Positions 24,540 to 34,246 of a stretch of 64,000 nt of DNA are shown one piece after another. A model generated the notes under the pieces. That model was not told where the DNA came from, did not search any database, and saw only the letters and a list, made by a program, of their open reading frames with translations. The stretch's first letter is position 1. Every line of letters starts with the position of its first letter. The translations under genes were made by a program, and so were the position numbers. Origin of the DNA: Bacteroidota bacterium (lineage in GTDB: Bacteria; Bacteroidota; Bacteroidia; UBA7662; CANHCV01); contig CANHCV010000001.1 of NCBI GenBank assembly GCA_947459245.1, forward strand, positions 25,364-89,363. The letters run 5' to 3'.

Positions 24540-25517
24540 TTAAAAATGAATCCAACTTTTTAGACGGAGGCCACATTTCTCCCCCATTTTGTTCAGAAGT
24601 TTGGTTGGAATTTTTATTTCTAAGCAAAATGAATCGTTTTTTACGATGGCAAAAGCCCCATCAAAACGAAGAAAGGTATGTTCGATGGTCCATGTTGATT
24701 CTTGCCAATCGATCACAAAATCGTTTTTCCGCACAAAAACCTCTTCCGCATTTTCAAAGTTGTGCAGTGCGGAAAAATATTTCTTCGGAATTGAAATAAA
24801 ATATCCCAAGTATTTTGCCATTTCCAAGGAATTAGGCTTTTTCAAAGCAGATTGTGCCGATTGAAAACCGGTCATTCGCTCTGGGGTAATGACCGACATC
24901 TGATCGCAGACCTGCAACAATTCGTGGGGATTGTGGCTCACCAACAAAACACCGATGTTTTTGCTTTGGGCGATTCGTCGAACCAATAAAAAAAGTTCAT
25001 TTCTCCAATGGGCGTCCAATTGGTTGGTTGGCTCATCGAGCAAAAGAAAGGACGGATTTTGCATGAGCGCTCGGCCCAAAGCCACCCGCTGCCGTTGTCC
25101 TCCACTGAGGCGATCAACCCTGGAGTTGCTCCATCCTTTCGCTCCTAAAAAGTCCAACCATTGATGGGCTTCTTTTTCTTGAGAAGTCATGGTGCCGGCC
25201 TTAGAAGCGTGGTACAAATTCTCGAAAGCGGTGTGTTTTTCCATCAACTGAAAATCTTGGGCAAGAACCGCAATGTGATCATGCCCCCAAATCAATCGAT
25301 CTTTTTGAAAAACCGCCTTTCCATCCAATTCGATGAATCCGGAAACGGGGGGCAAAAATCCAGCTAAGGTTTTAAGGAGTGTACTCTTGCCTCCTCCACT
25401 GGGACCCGTTAATCCGTAAATTTTCCCTGGGGTAAGCTCAAATGAAATGGCAGAAGTAATCAAAGATTCCTCGTACCCAATTTGAGCATCTTTAATGACC
25501 AATTTCTTAGGAATCAT
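24540..25517 (-). CDS. ABC transporter ATP-binding protein (importer-type NBD) with a C-terminal ~100-aa extra domain; no adjacent permease
   Basis: Walker A GPSGGGKST, signature LSGGQRQRVALGRAL, Walker B LLLDEPT, H-loop VSHN. About 100 aa follow the NBD. Confidence 0.75.
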   Translation of the reverse strand: MIPKKLVIKDAQIGYEESLITSAISFELTPGKIYGLTGPSGGGKSTLLKTLAGFLPPVSGFIELDGKAVFQKDRLIWGHDHIAVLAQDFQLMEKHTAFENLYHASKAGTMTSQEKEAHQWLDFLGAKGWSNSRVDRLSGGQRQRVALGRALMQNPSFLLLDEPTNQLDAHWRNELFLLVRRIAQSKNIGVLLVSHNPHELLQVCDQMSVITPERMTGFQSAQSALKKPNSLEMAKYLGYFISIPKKYFSALHNFENAEEVFVRKNDFVIDWQESTWTIEHTFLRFDGAFAIVKNDSFCLEIKIPTKLLNKMGEKCGLRLKSWIHF

Positions 25518-26223
25518 ACTTCTCCAATAATTTCAAGAGAACGTCGAAATCTTTGGGATAAGGAGCTTCAAATGAAAATTCTTTTTTGAAGATGGTAAAC
25601 TGAATGCTGCGGGCATGCAAGGCAAACCGTTTGATCATGGGTTGAGACTCTTCAAATTTACCGAAAGAATACTTGCGTTTGATGTCGTGCAAGTAGGGAG
25701 GCTCGCCACCGTAGGCGGGATCGTTCACGATGGGTGCATTTTGAGACGCCAAGTGAACGCGAATTTGATGGGTTCTTCCGGTTACAGGAAAACAGCCCAC
25801 CAAGGTAAAATGACGGAAAAACTGAAGGGATTTTAAAATGGTGAACGCGTCTTTCCCGGTTTTGAAATCGATGCGCATCAGCGCATCTTTTGCTGGGCCG
25901 ATGGGCAGATCCACTTCCATTTCTTCAAACCGATGAATTCCACCAACCACTGCGTGGTAAATTTTTCGAACCCGACGCTTTTCAAATTCAATCGACACTT
26001 CTCGGTACGTTTCGGGATCCTTTGCAGCCACCAAAATTCCGGAAGTCTCTTTATCCAATCGGTGGCACAATTGCACCGTTGGACAGTATTGACGAGCAAT
26101 GGAAAGGATGCTAGCGGCTGTACCTTGTCGTTCGTCGAGGGAGCTTACAAATGGGGGTTTATTAAAAATGAGCAAGTGCTCGTCTTCGTAAAGTAAAATA
26201 TCGCGAATGGAAATGGGTTTCAA
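25507..26223 (-). CDS. RluA-family pseudouridine synthase
   Basis: Catalytic motif HRLDKETSGILV. ~238 aa. Confidence 0.8.
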   Translation of the reverse strand: MKPISIRDILLYEDEHLLIFNKPPFVSSLDERQGTAASILSIARQYCPTVQLCHRLDKETSGILVAAKDPETYREVSIEFEKRRVRKIYHAVVGGIHRFEEMEVDLPIGPAKDALMRIDFKTGKDAFTILKSLQFFRHFTLVGCFPVTGRTHQIRVHLASQNAPIVNDPAYGGEPPYLHDIKRKYSFGKFEESQPMIKRFALHARSIQFTIFKKEFSFEAPYPKDFDVLLKLLEKYDS

Positions 26224-27249
26224 TTATTTCTTTTTTAAGGTAAATGCAAAGGTAGTTCCGATTCCTTTGGTGGAGCGTACCCAAACGGTTTGGCTGTGTG
26301 ACTCGAAAATGTGTTTCACGATGGAAAGCCCCAAACCGGTTCCGCCGGCATCCCGCGATCGGGCTTTGTCAACCCTGTAAAACCGTTCAAAGATGCGGGA
26401 ATGATGAATTTCATCGATTCCCTCCCCGTCGTCGGTGACCTCACACATGTAGTGGGTATCCATATCGTAAATGCCCACCAAAACGTTTCCTTTTTCTTTG
26501 CCGTATTTGATGGCATTTTCAACCAAATTCATCACAGCATGGTTGATGAGTTTCCGATCGGCGTACACCAAAAACGGAGGTTTCAACCCTTGTTTAAATT
26601 GAATGCTGATGTGTTTTCGTTCGGCGCGTTCCTGCAAATTGTGAAACACATCTTCCATCAATTCTGCCAAATCGAATTTTTCCCATTTCAGCTGAACGTT
26701 TCCAGACTCCAATTTAGAGATTTCCATCAAATCGTTGATGATGGCCTCCATGCGTTCGGTATTTTCGATGGCCTTCTCGAGGAACTTCTCGGTTACCTTG
26801 GGATCTTCCAATCCCCGGTCGACGAGGGTGGAAAGGTACCCTTGAATGTTGAACACCGGGGTTTTCAGTTCATGCGATAAATTCCCCACGAACTCCTTCC
26901 GGTATTGTTCATTGGACTGCAGCTCTTGAATTTCCTTGGCTTTGTTTTCGGCCCATTCCTCCACATCCTTACTCACTGCATCGATCACATCGTTGTTGTA
27001 TTGAAAACGGAATTCGGTAAATTTCCCAGCCTTATGTCGGTTGATGATTTTATAGATCACCTTGATCTTTCGGTAAATCAAAAAATTCAAAAAGTAGAAA
27101 AAGGTCGAAAAACCGAGTAAAAACGTTGCTACGATGTAAATAATAGCATCAAACCAATGCACCCCCGTGAGTACGGAAAACAATAAATTGAACCCAGTCA
27201 TGATCAATGCCGAGTACAAACTAAGGATTTGTGGGGTTGGATTTTTCAA
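26224..27249 (-). CDS. Sensor histidine kinase (two TM helices, HisKA + HATPase_c), no adjacent response regulator
   Basis: H-box HELKTP. N, G1, G2 boxes present (DDGEGI, GGTGLGLSIV). Confidence 0.85.
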   Translation of the reverse strand: MKNPTPQILSLYSALIMTGFNLLFSVLTGVHWFDAIIYIVATFLLGFSTFFYFLNFLIYRKIKVIYKIINRHKAGKFTEFRFQYNNDVIDAVSKDVEEWAENKAKEIQELQSNEQYRKEFVGNLSHELKTPVFNIQGYLSTLVDRGLEDPKVTEKFLEKAIENTERMEAIINDLMEISKLESGNVQLKWEKFDLAELMEDVFHNLQERAERKHISIQFKQGLKPPFLVYADRKLINHAVMNLVENAIKYGKEKGNVLVGIYDMDTHYMCEVTDDGEGIDEIHHSRIFERFYRVDKARSRDAGGTGLGLSIVKHIFESHSQTVWVRSTKGIGTTFAFTLKKK

Positions 27250-27282
27250 CTTATTAAAATCAGTCTCAAAATTGCATAAAAA

Positions 27283-28608
27283 TTGCGAAATTTGGGCATG
27301 CGAAAATCACTTCTTTTTGGATTCCTTTTGATGGTTGCGGTTTCTTCTTGTTTAGCGCAAGGGAGAACGCCCAAGAAGAAGGACTCTTCTCCTCGAAAAA
27401 CGATTGTTTTGGCCGATGCCGTTTACCGAGATGCCATTCGTTCTGTGCAATTGTTTGCCAAAGCCAACGAGTTTCTCACCCCAGCCATTGCGCTCGGAAC
27501 CGAAGAAAAACTAACGCTTAAGTTCGATGATTTGGCCGGGGGTTTCACCACTTATTCGTACACCTTCATGCATTGCAATGCCAACTGGGAACAGAGCAGC
27601 ATTTTTGAAAACCAGTTCATGGACGGATTTTTCCAAAATGAAATTCAGAATTACAAATTTGCTGTTAATACCCGGCAAACCTATACCTCCTATTCGTTGG
27701 ATTTCCCAAATTCCTTCATCAAATTCACCGCATCAGGGAATTACGTTCTTTTCGTTTACGAAAATGGAAACAAAAGCAAACCCGTATTAACCCGTAGATT
27801 TTTTGTTTACGAACCCCTCGCATCTGTTGAATCTGAACTTCGTCGTTCGTTCGTAGCTGGAAGTATTCAAACCAACCAAAGTCTCGATTTAAAAGTTACT
27901 CCATCGCCAAGCTTAAAAGTTTTCAATCCGCTTTCTGAATTTCTTTTAACGGTGCAGCAAAACCGCCGGTGGGATCAAGCTACGGCCGACATTACGCCCA
28001 ATTTGATGGACCAAAAAACATTGTTGTACACCTTCAACGACCGCCTCAACTTCCCAGCATTGAATGAATTCAGGCAATTTGACACCCGTTCGCTGGGAAT
28101 CAACAGCTTGAACGTGCGAAAATTTCTGGTCGATACGGCCAATCAAATTTTCTTGTACGACGACGCCAGCCGCGCTTCTCAACCCTACAACAACTACTTC
28201 GACATCAACGGTAGTTTTGCCTGCGTACAACGGGACGGGCTCATTACGAGCAGGGACCCCGACTACGCCTACGTTCACTTCACCCTCAACACCCAAGGTC
28301 GGGTTCCAGATGGAGATGTTTATTTGATGGGGGCACTCACCAATTGGCAAGCCGATTCTACCAATCAGATGGAATACAACGAGGGATGTGCTTGTTACCG
28401 AAAAACGCTTTACGTGAAACAAGGGTACTTCAATTACATGTATGGAATAAAAAAGCCGAACGCAACTTTGGTTGACTTTACTCCCATGGAGGGTTCTTTT
28501 CAAGGCACCGATAACGAATACAACATCTTTGTTTATTTCCGATCACAAATCGGTCTGTACGATCGTTTAATTGGATTTCAAACCCTATACTCCAACGGAA
28601 ACCACTAA
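27283..28608 (+). CDS. Secreted Bacteroidota-specific protein, possibly DUF5103 (T9SS plug-like)
   Basis: Signal peptide. ~440 aa, Cys-containing. Size and composition consistent with DUF5103/Plug proteins, but this assignment is from memory only. Confidence 0.35.
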   Translation: MRNLGMRKSLLFGFLLMVAVSSCLAQGRTPKKKDSSPRKTIVLADAVYRDAIRSVQLFAKANEFLTPAIALGTEEKLTLKFDDLAGGFTTYSYTFMHCNANWEQSSIFENQFMDGFFQNEIQNYKFAVNTRQTYTSYSLDFPNSFIKFTASGNYVLFVYENGNKSKPVLTRRFFVYEPLASVESELRRSFVAGSIQTNQSLDLKVTPSPSLKVFNPLSEFLLTVQQNRRWDQATADITPNLMDQKTLLYTFNDRLNFPALNEFRQFDTRSLGINSLNVRKFLVDTANQIFLYDDASRASQPYNNYFDINGSFACVQRDGLITSRDPDYAYVHFTLNTQGRVPDGDVYLMGALTNWQADSTNQMEYNEGCACYRKTLYVKQGYFNYMYGIKKPNATLVDFTPMEGSFQGTDNEYNIFVYFRSQIGLYDRLIGFQTLYSNGNH

Positions 28609-28620
28609 TATTCTTCTTTT

Positions 28621-29649
28621 ATGCCCTTTCTTCACAACAAGGTTGATCGAAAAATTATGGAGGAACGTTTGCTCAACGATCCCCGTCCGCGAACCACCGT
28701 CTCCTTTTACAAATACCATCGCATTGAAAACGCAGCTGATTTTCGCGATGCCCTTTTTATCGCCTTTGAAAAAGTAGAAGTCCTGGGACGAATTTATGTT
28801 GCAACCGAAGGGATCAATGCTCAAATTTCCTTACCCACCGAACGACTGGAACAATTCATCCACTTGCTATCTACCCCACCCTTCGATTTTTTGGATGGAA
28901 TTCGATTGAATTACGCCATTGACGACGACGGTAAGAGTTTCGCCACCTTAAAAGTGAAGCACCGGGAAAAAATTGTGGCGGATGGATTACCCGATGGGCT
29001 CATCAATCCTGCCGATGCCGCCACGTATTTGAAAGCCCAAGAATACAACACCTTGGTTGAATCCAACCCCGATGTGGTGGTGATTGACATGCGGAATGCT
29101 TATGAATACGAAGTTGGGCATTTCGAGGGAGCACACAAGATTGATGTGGATACTTTTCGGGAGCAATTGCCTGTAGCGGTGGAACAATTTCAAGATGCAA
29201 AAGAAAAACCCGTGGTGATGTATTGCACCGGTGGAATTCGTTGCGAAAAAGCTTCAGCTTATTTCAAGCACCACGGATTCAAGGAGGTTTACCACTTGGA
29301 AGGAGGAATCATTGAGTACGCCCGACAGGCAAAAAACCTGGGAATCGATGTAAAATTTAAGGGAAAGAACTTTGTTTTTGATCGACGATTGGGCGAAAAA
29401 ATTACCGATGACGTTTTAGCCCATTGCCATCAATGCGGGGAATCGTTTGATCATCACGTGAATTGTGCGAACCAATATTGCCACACCCTTTTTATTCAAT
29501 GCCCAACTTGTGCAGAAGAAATGCAGGGTTGTTGCTCCAACGAATGCAAAGATTTTTTACACTTGCCGGAAGAGCAACAAAAAGAACTCGGTCACCGGTT
29601 TAAACCCGATGGATCCAAGTATTTAAAACGAAAAAAATTCAGAGATTAA
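28621..29649 (+). CDS. trhO: tRNA U34 hydroxylase TrhO (YceA/UPF0176, rhodanese-like) with a C-terminal Cys-rich extension
   Basis: Rhodanese active-site CTGGIRCE. UPF0176 N-terminal region. C-terminal CHQC...C..C..C cluster. Confidence 0.75.
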   Translation: MPFLHNKVDRKIMEERLLNDPRPRTTVSFYKYHRIENAADFRDALFIAFEKVEVLGRIYVATEGINAQISLPTERLEQFIHLLSTPPFDFLDGIRLNYAIDDDGKSFATLKVKHREKIVADGLPDGLINPADAATYLKAQEYNTLVESNPDVVVIDMRNAYEYEVGHFEGAHKIDVDTFREQLPVAVEQFQDAKEKPVVMYCTGGIRCEKASAYFKHHGFKEVYHLEGGIIEYARQAKNLGIDVKFKGKNFVFDRRLGEKITDDVLAHCHQCGESFDHHVNCANQYCHTLFIQCPTCAEEMQGCCSNECKDFLHLPEEQQKELGHRFKPDGSKYLKRKKFRD

Positions 29650-30458
29650 CGCTTTTCCCCACAAACACCAATGATTTCCCGAGTCGTTGGGAAAAGCCAA
29701 AAAAGAAGGAAGTTAACCGGACGCTTCAAGAAATACCCCAACTTGTTCCAAGTAGTGCTGTAATTGATGTAATGCTCTCCAACGATGGGCAAATTCATCC
29801 ATTGGAAAAGCAATCTCAATTCCTTCATGGTGTATTCGTGGTGGTGCCCAGTAAACGGAATAGCAGAATCGTAAATGGATTGCAAATCGGTAATGGGTGA
29901 AACACCAAAAAGGAAGCGAACGCGTTTATTGAGGTAGGCAATGTTGGGCACCTCGATGAACAATCGGGAGCCTTTGTTCAAAATTCCGTGAACATTATTC
30001 AAGAAGAATTTCAAAGAATGCGGGTAGTGTTCCAAAACAGCCATGATGCACACGAAATCAAACTTTTCGTTGGATGCAAAGGTGTCTTCAAACGGATCCA
30101 TATCTAAAATTCGAACACCTTTGCTTTCAATCAGTTGAAATAAAGGATCAAAACTTCCCGAGTAATATTTCTTGGCCTCGGTCATGGTCACTTTAAAGCC
30201 CATTTCGGTGAGTGCCAATGGAAGCACGCCCCAAAATCCACCCACATCGCACACGGTTTTAGCTCCATCGGGAAGATCTTGAATCAATTCGTAGTAGCGC
30301 AAATTGGAACGACGCAAATAATTGATAAAATCGTACGGAGCGGCCCAACCGCGGTTATGTTTGGCAATTTCTTCTTGCATTTGGGCGCTCCAAAGGGGAG
30401 TCACTAAATCGACTTGACGCTGATAAATGGCATCGAATTCCTGAAAAGAGATCTTCAT
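29646..30458 (-). CDS. Class I SAM-dependent methyltransferase
   Basis: Motif I VCDVGGFWG, followed by acidic residue loops. Confidence 0.6.
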   Translation of the reverse strand: MKISFQEFDAIYQRQVDLVTPLWSAQMQEEIAKHNRGWAAPYDFINYLRRSNLRYYELIQDLPDGAKTVCDVGGFWGVLPLALTEMGFKVTMTEAKKYYSGSFDPLFQLIESKGVRILDMDPFEDTFASNEKFDFVCIMAVLEHYPHSLKFFLNNVHGILNKGSRLFIEVPNIAYLNKRVRFLFGVSPITDLQSIYDSAIPFTGHHHEYTMKELRLLFQWMNLPIVGEHYINYSTTWNKLGYFLKRPVNFLLFWLFPTTREIIGVCGEKR

Positions 30459-30485
30459 TGAACAAAAATAAGAGGATAAAATAAA

Positions 30486-30536
30486 AAAGCCCCGAAAATT
30501 CGAGGCGTAAAAAAACTTTTGTAGAATTCGGGGCTT
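30486..30536 (-). terminator. Rho-independent terminator of the YceI operon
   Basis: AAGCCCCGAATTC...GAATTTTCGGGGCTT long stem followed by TTTTATTTT on the minus strand. Confidence 0.6.
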
Positions 30537-31401
30537 ATCGACCTACATTAAATACTCGACTCACATTGAAACCGAAATGAACCCCTCCATTTCCCCAGGA
30601 ATTGGTGGTTTCACAAATGAAACCTTGATCAACCATGGAGGTAGAATTCGTGAAATGAACCTGAAAAACGTGACCGCCGGTTTCAATGTCAAAACCCAAC
30701 GACAAGCTGTTCTTGAAATTGGAGGCCAACTGCCCCTTGGGGACCAAGAAGTATTCCCAAGTGAACGCCAAGCGGTTACTCAGTTTTTGTCGGCCAGAAA
30801 ACCCAAGAGCAAAAACATCATTTTTTTCGGCTTTGGTAGCTACCAAGTTCCGGTGCACCAAAGTTGGACTCAATTGCATGGAAAAATTCTCGTTGAATTT
30901 TCTTCCTAAAATCAGTTGATGGGTATATGCCAATCGGGAAGAAAAATAGTTTTCACGGTTGGGATCTTGCCATTTCAATGTTTTCACGTTGATGCTGGTA
31001 TAATACAGAAGGGAAACGGGCATTTTGTTATCCGAAGTTTGCCACAAAATTTTATACTTACCGAAAGCATCGTACACTTTTCCGAAGGAGGCACGACCCA
31101 CTCCCACCATGAAACGGTCGGAAACGCCGTAATCGAACGACATTTTTTGGTAGGCTTGATCCAATCCAAAAAGTTCATAAAACCCGCCATTCAAGGTTCC
31201 GAAGCGGTGGTTAATTTTAAAATCTAGCACCCCTTTGGCTACGTTTTCGAAGGAATGACCGTTCATCACCCGGGTTGTTTTGAATCCGGCTTTCACTTTT
31301 TCAACCGGTACTTCCACATCCAAATCTTTGAATGGATCATCTTGAGAAAAGGAAATAAAACCCACCGAAAGGAATGCGAAAATGAGGATTACTTTTTTCA
31401 T
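30535..31401 (-). CDS. Outer-membrane beta-barrel protein (DUF5777-like)
   Basis: Signal peptide. Alternating hydrophobic pattern. C-terminal aromatic-rich strand ending ...GFNVSRVFNVGR. Confidence 0.45.
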   Translation of the reverse strand: MKKVILIFAFLSVGFISFSQDDPFKDLDVEVPVEKVKAGFKTTRVMNGHSFENVAKGVLDFKINHRFGTLNGGFYELFGLDQAYQKMSFDYGVSDRFMVGVGRASFGKVYDAFGKYKILWQTSDNKMPVSLLYYTSINVKTLKWQDPNRENYFSSRLAYTHQLILGRKFNENFSMQLSPTLVHRNLVATKAEKNDVFALGFSGRQKLSNRLAFTWEYFLVPKGQLASNFKNSLSLGFDIETGGHVFQVHFTNSTSMVDQGFICETTNSWGNGGVHFGFNVSRVFNVGR

Positions 31402-31946
31402 GGCGCTTTGGAATAATCAACATCTACCGTAATTTCAATGGAATTATTGATGGTTCCTTTTACGGCGGTCGGGATCGTGATGTTGTAGTCGGAAAGCAGC
31501 ACGGAAAATTTCGCATCAGCGGAAAGGGTATTTCCTTTTACAGTGAGGGTTCCTTTGGATTCAACGTTTTTCTTTACGCCGTGAATTTCAAGAACTCCGG
31601 CTACCTGAACCGGGTATTTTCCATCTTTCGAGAAATTCACTTCCGATACGTTGGTAATTTTTCCAGCGAAGGTGGTTTTGGGGAATTTATCGCTTTCAAC
31701 ATAATTCTCGTTGAAGTGCTCTTCCATCAAGGGTTTCGGGAATTTGAACGATTTCATCAATCCAACAAACTTCATGTCGCCCGTTGAGGCATCGATGATG
31801 GAGGAAATGGAGGTATTGGTGGCAGAAATATCTTCAACTTTGGTTTTAGAAAAGAAGGAAATTTTGCCGGTTTTGGTCATGTACTTTTGGGCAGAAGCAA
31901 CCGTTGCGAATAACGCAAAAACGGCCAGAAGAATGATTTTATTCAT
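31398..31946 (-). CDS. YceI-family periplasmic polyisoprenoid-binding protein
   Basis: Signal peptide plus a YceI-like lipocalin pattern (KISFFSKTKVEDISATN...). Length ~180 aa. Confidence 0.7.
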   Translation of the reverse strand: MNKIILLAVFALFATVASAQKYMTKTGKISFFSKTKVEDISATNTSISSIIDASTGDMKFVGLMKSFKFPKPLMEEHFNENYVESDKFPKTTFAGKITNVSEVNFSKDGKYPVQVAGVLEIHGVKKNVESKGTLTVKGNTLSADAKFSVLLSDYNITIPTAVKGTINNSIEITVDVDYSKAP

Positions 31947-32409
31947 GGGTTTGATTTTGAATGATGGCACTTTGATTGAATTCGAAGGTTCCGCCCATTT
32001 CAGGCATCATGGCGTCGTAATTGAAGCCAGCGAAAAAACCCTTCAACACCACTTGTTTCTTCACAAGATCGGTTAAAATTTTATTGGAAGCCGTATCTGG
32101 GAAACTGAATTTGGCTTCAATCCCGTTTGTTTTTGATAGAAGAATGGCAAAATTGGATTGATTAGCGCCTTCCCCTTGTTTTTCAACTCGATCAAGCAGT
32201 CCAGAGATTTGCACTACCTTGTTTTGATAGGTAGAAAAAGCCAAAGAATCGTTTGCTTGAAACGCAGCGTAAAGGGAATCGATGGAAATGATGACTTCAG
32301 CTTTTTTATTGGAGGCCGTTTCTCGGGGTTTATTCCATTGCCAATAAGCAACTCCAAAAACGCCAATGATGATGAGAAGAAGTAGGGTAATGATGTTTTT
32401 CATGATCAA
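31939..32409 (-). CDS. Membrane-anchored OB-fold protein (tRNA_anti-like family)
   Basis: N-terminal TM helix, then a ~120-aa domain with the VxxSGxxxxV pattern seen in PF12869-type proteins. Confidence 0.4.
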   Translation of the reverse strand: MIMKNIITLLLLIIIGVFGVAYWQWNKPRETASNKKAEVIISIDSLYAAFQANDSLAFSTYQNKVVQISGLLDRVEKQGEGANQSNFAILLSKTNGIEAKFSFPDTASNKILTDLVKKQVVLKGFFAGFNYDAMMPEMGGTFEFNQSAIIQNQTHE

Positions 32410-32780
32410 TTGTTGAGTGCTCCTTCATTGATCCAATTTCGAATTTTTCCCAATTCGCAGGATGGCAATTTAGAACCTCCTTTGGGCATGGATGAAAATC
32501 CAGTGTAATGGTTGGTAACACCCAGCAAGGTTCCATCATCAACCGAGTTTTTGGTATCCGCATAGGTATCATAAATGTAACCACCTCCCGGATTATTGGC
32601 ATTATGACACCCAACGCAATAATTTTGAAGAATGGGATCAACATCGGTTTTGAAACTCACCACCACAGAATCGCAGGGTAAATTGGTAGTCGGATACAAT
32701 TCTTCTTCGTTATCGTAATAGCAACTGCTCAAGGCCAACAACCCAAAAAGCAATGCAACAATTTTAAATGGATGATTCAT
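32406..32780 (-). CDS. Small lipoprotein with a single CxxCH haem-binding motif (cytochrome c-like)
   Basis: Lipobox LALSSC. CVGCH motif. Downstream SMP (candidate Met axial ligand). Confidence 0.45.
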   Translation of the reverse strand: MNHPFKIVALLFGLLALSSCYYDNEEELYPTTNLPCDSVVVSFKTDVDPILQNYCVGCHNANNPGGGYIYDTYADTKNSVDDGTLLGVTNHYTGFSSMPKGGSKLPSCELGKIRNWINEGALNN

Positions 32781-33258
32781 GATTGTTTTGAATAAGAGAT
32801 TGCAACAAATTAGACGAACAAGAGTTTAAAAGGTCAAAAACTTCTTCAAATTTTTCTTCAGAATCGTAATAAGGATCGTAAACATTTCTTTGAGCAGGAA
32901 ATTGATCAGAAAATTCCATCATGAGCTTCACCTTTTCCAATTGGCCGGGTTGGGCTATCCGTTGAATTTCGAATAAATTTTGGGTATCCATGGCTATTAT
33001 GAGATCAAAATCTGTGAAATCTTTTTTTGTAAATTTACGAGCTACGTGATCCAATTGCACCTGATTTTTTTGGGCAATTTTTCGAGCTCGATAATCGGGC
33101 AGTTCGCCGGAATGTTGCCCGGTGGTACCGCAAGAATCAATAACAAACTGATTGGAGAGCCCGGCTTCTTCCACTTTCTTCTTAAAAATCCCTTCTGCCA
33201 TAGGGGAACGACAAATATTCCCAAGACATACGAATAAAACCTTCTTTTCTTGTTGCAT
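32764..33258 (-). CDS. Low-molecular-weight protein-tyrosine phosphatase
   Basis: CLGNICRSP P-loop at the N-terminus and a conserved DP Asp loop. Confidence 0.85.
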   Translation of the reverse strand: MQQEKKVLFVCLGNICRSPMAEGIFKKKVEEAGLSNQFVIDSCGTTGQHSGELPDYRARKIAQKNQVQLDHVARKFTKKDFTDFDLIIAMDTQNLFEIQRIAQPGQLEKVKLMMEFSDQFPAQRNVYDPYYDSEEKFEEVFDLLNSCSSNLLQSLIQNNHESSI

Positions 33259-33289
33259 CTTTGTAAAGAATTATCAAATTTACACTTCC

Positions 33290-34246
33290 ATGAAGATCTT
33301 GTTTACTTTTCTGTTAAGTTTTTTGTTCTTTTCGACGCATGCTCAGAAGAACTTTTCTGTTGGCCATTACAACCTGGAAAACCTTTTCGATACGATTGAC
33401 CAACCGAATGTAAAGGATGAAGAATTTCTTCCTAACGGGAAAAATCAATGGAATTCAGAACGTTACCTTAAAAAATTAAACCGAATGGCCCAAGCCATCG
33501 CTGCGTTGAACGGGGGAAAAGGACTGGCCATTTTGGGCGTTTGCGAGGTTGAAAACGAACAGGTTTTGAAAGATTTGGTGAAGCAGAAAAGTTTGAAAAA
33601 ATTTGGTTACCACGTTGGGCATATCGATTCGAAGGATCCTCGTGGAATTGATGTTGCGTTTTTGTATCAGCCGAAATTGGTGAAATTGGAGGGCCTGTAT
33701 GCTTTTCAGCCGGATCGTTTTGCCGACTCTGCCTTTCTTTCCCGTCCGATCCTATTGATGGTAGGGAAAACCAAAAAAGGCACCGTTTATGCGATGGAAA
33801 ACCATTGGCCTTCCCGAAGTGGGGGAACGGAACAATCGGCACCTCGGAGGTTGGCCACCGCGAAATTAATGGCCTTTTTGGCCGATTCGCTTGAGCGGGC
33901 CAACCCTTCAGCACAAATCATCGCTATGGGCGATTTCAACGACGAGCCGAACGATGTTTCCATGCAATTGGTAAAAAAATCAACCCACCTGATCAACGCC
34001 ATGGAAGCTTGGCCCAAGGAAGAAGGCACTCATTTCTACCAAAAAGAATGGAGCAAACTCGATCAAATCCTCTACAATCAAGCATGGACTTTCGAAACCC
34101 CGGTAGCAAAAGCTGAAAAGCTTCCTTTTCTCTTGGAGCAAGATGGAAAATACAAAGGGAATCCGTTTCGTACTTACGTGGGACCCAAATACCTCGGAGG
34201 TTACTCCGACCACATGCCTGTAACCCTTCAATTTATCTTCAAATGA
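33290..34246 (+). CDS. Secreted endonuclease/exonuclease/phosphatase (EEP) family protein
   Basis: ATG at 33290 with signal peptide. EEP motifs (GVCEVEN, GDFNDEPN, SDHMPV). Confidence 0.7.
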   Translation: MKILFTFLLSFLFFSTHAQKNFSVGHYNLENLFDTIDQPNVKDEEFLPNGKNQWNSERYLKKLNRMAQAIAALNGGKGLAILGVCEVENEQVLKDLVKQKSLKKFGYHVGHIDSKDPRGIDVAFLYQPKLVKLEGLYAFQPDRFADSAFLSRPILLMVGKTKKGTVYAMENHWPSRSGGTEQSAPRRLATAKLMAFLADSLERANPSAQIIAMGDFNDEPNDVSMQLVKKSTHLINAMEAWPKEEGTHFYQKEWSKLDQILYNQAWTFETPVAKAEKLPFLLEQDGKYKGNPFRTYVGPKYLGGYSDHMPVTLQFIFK

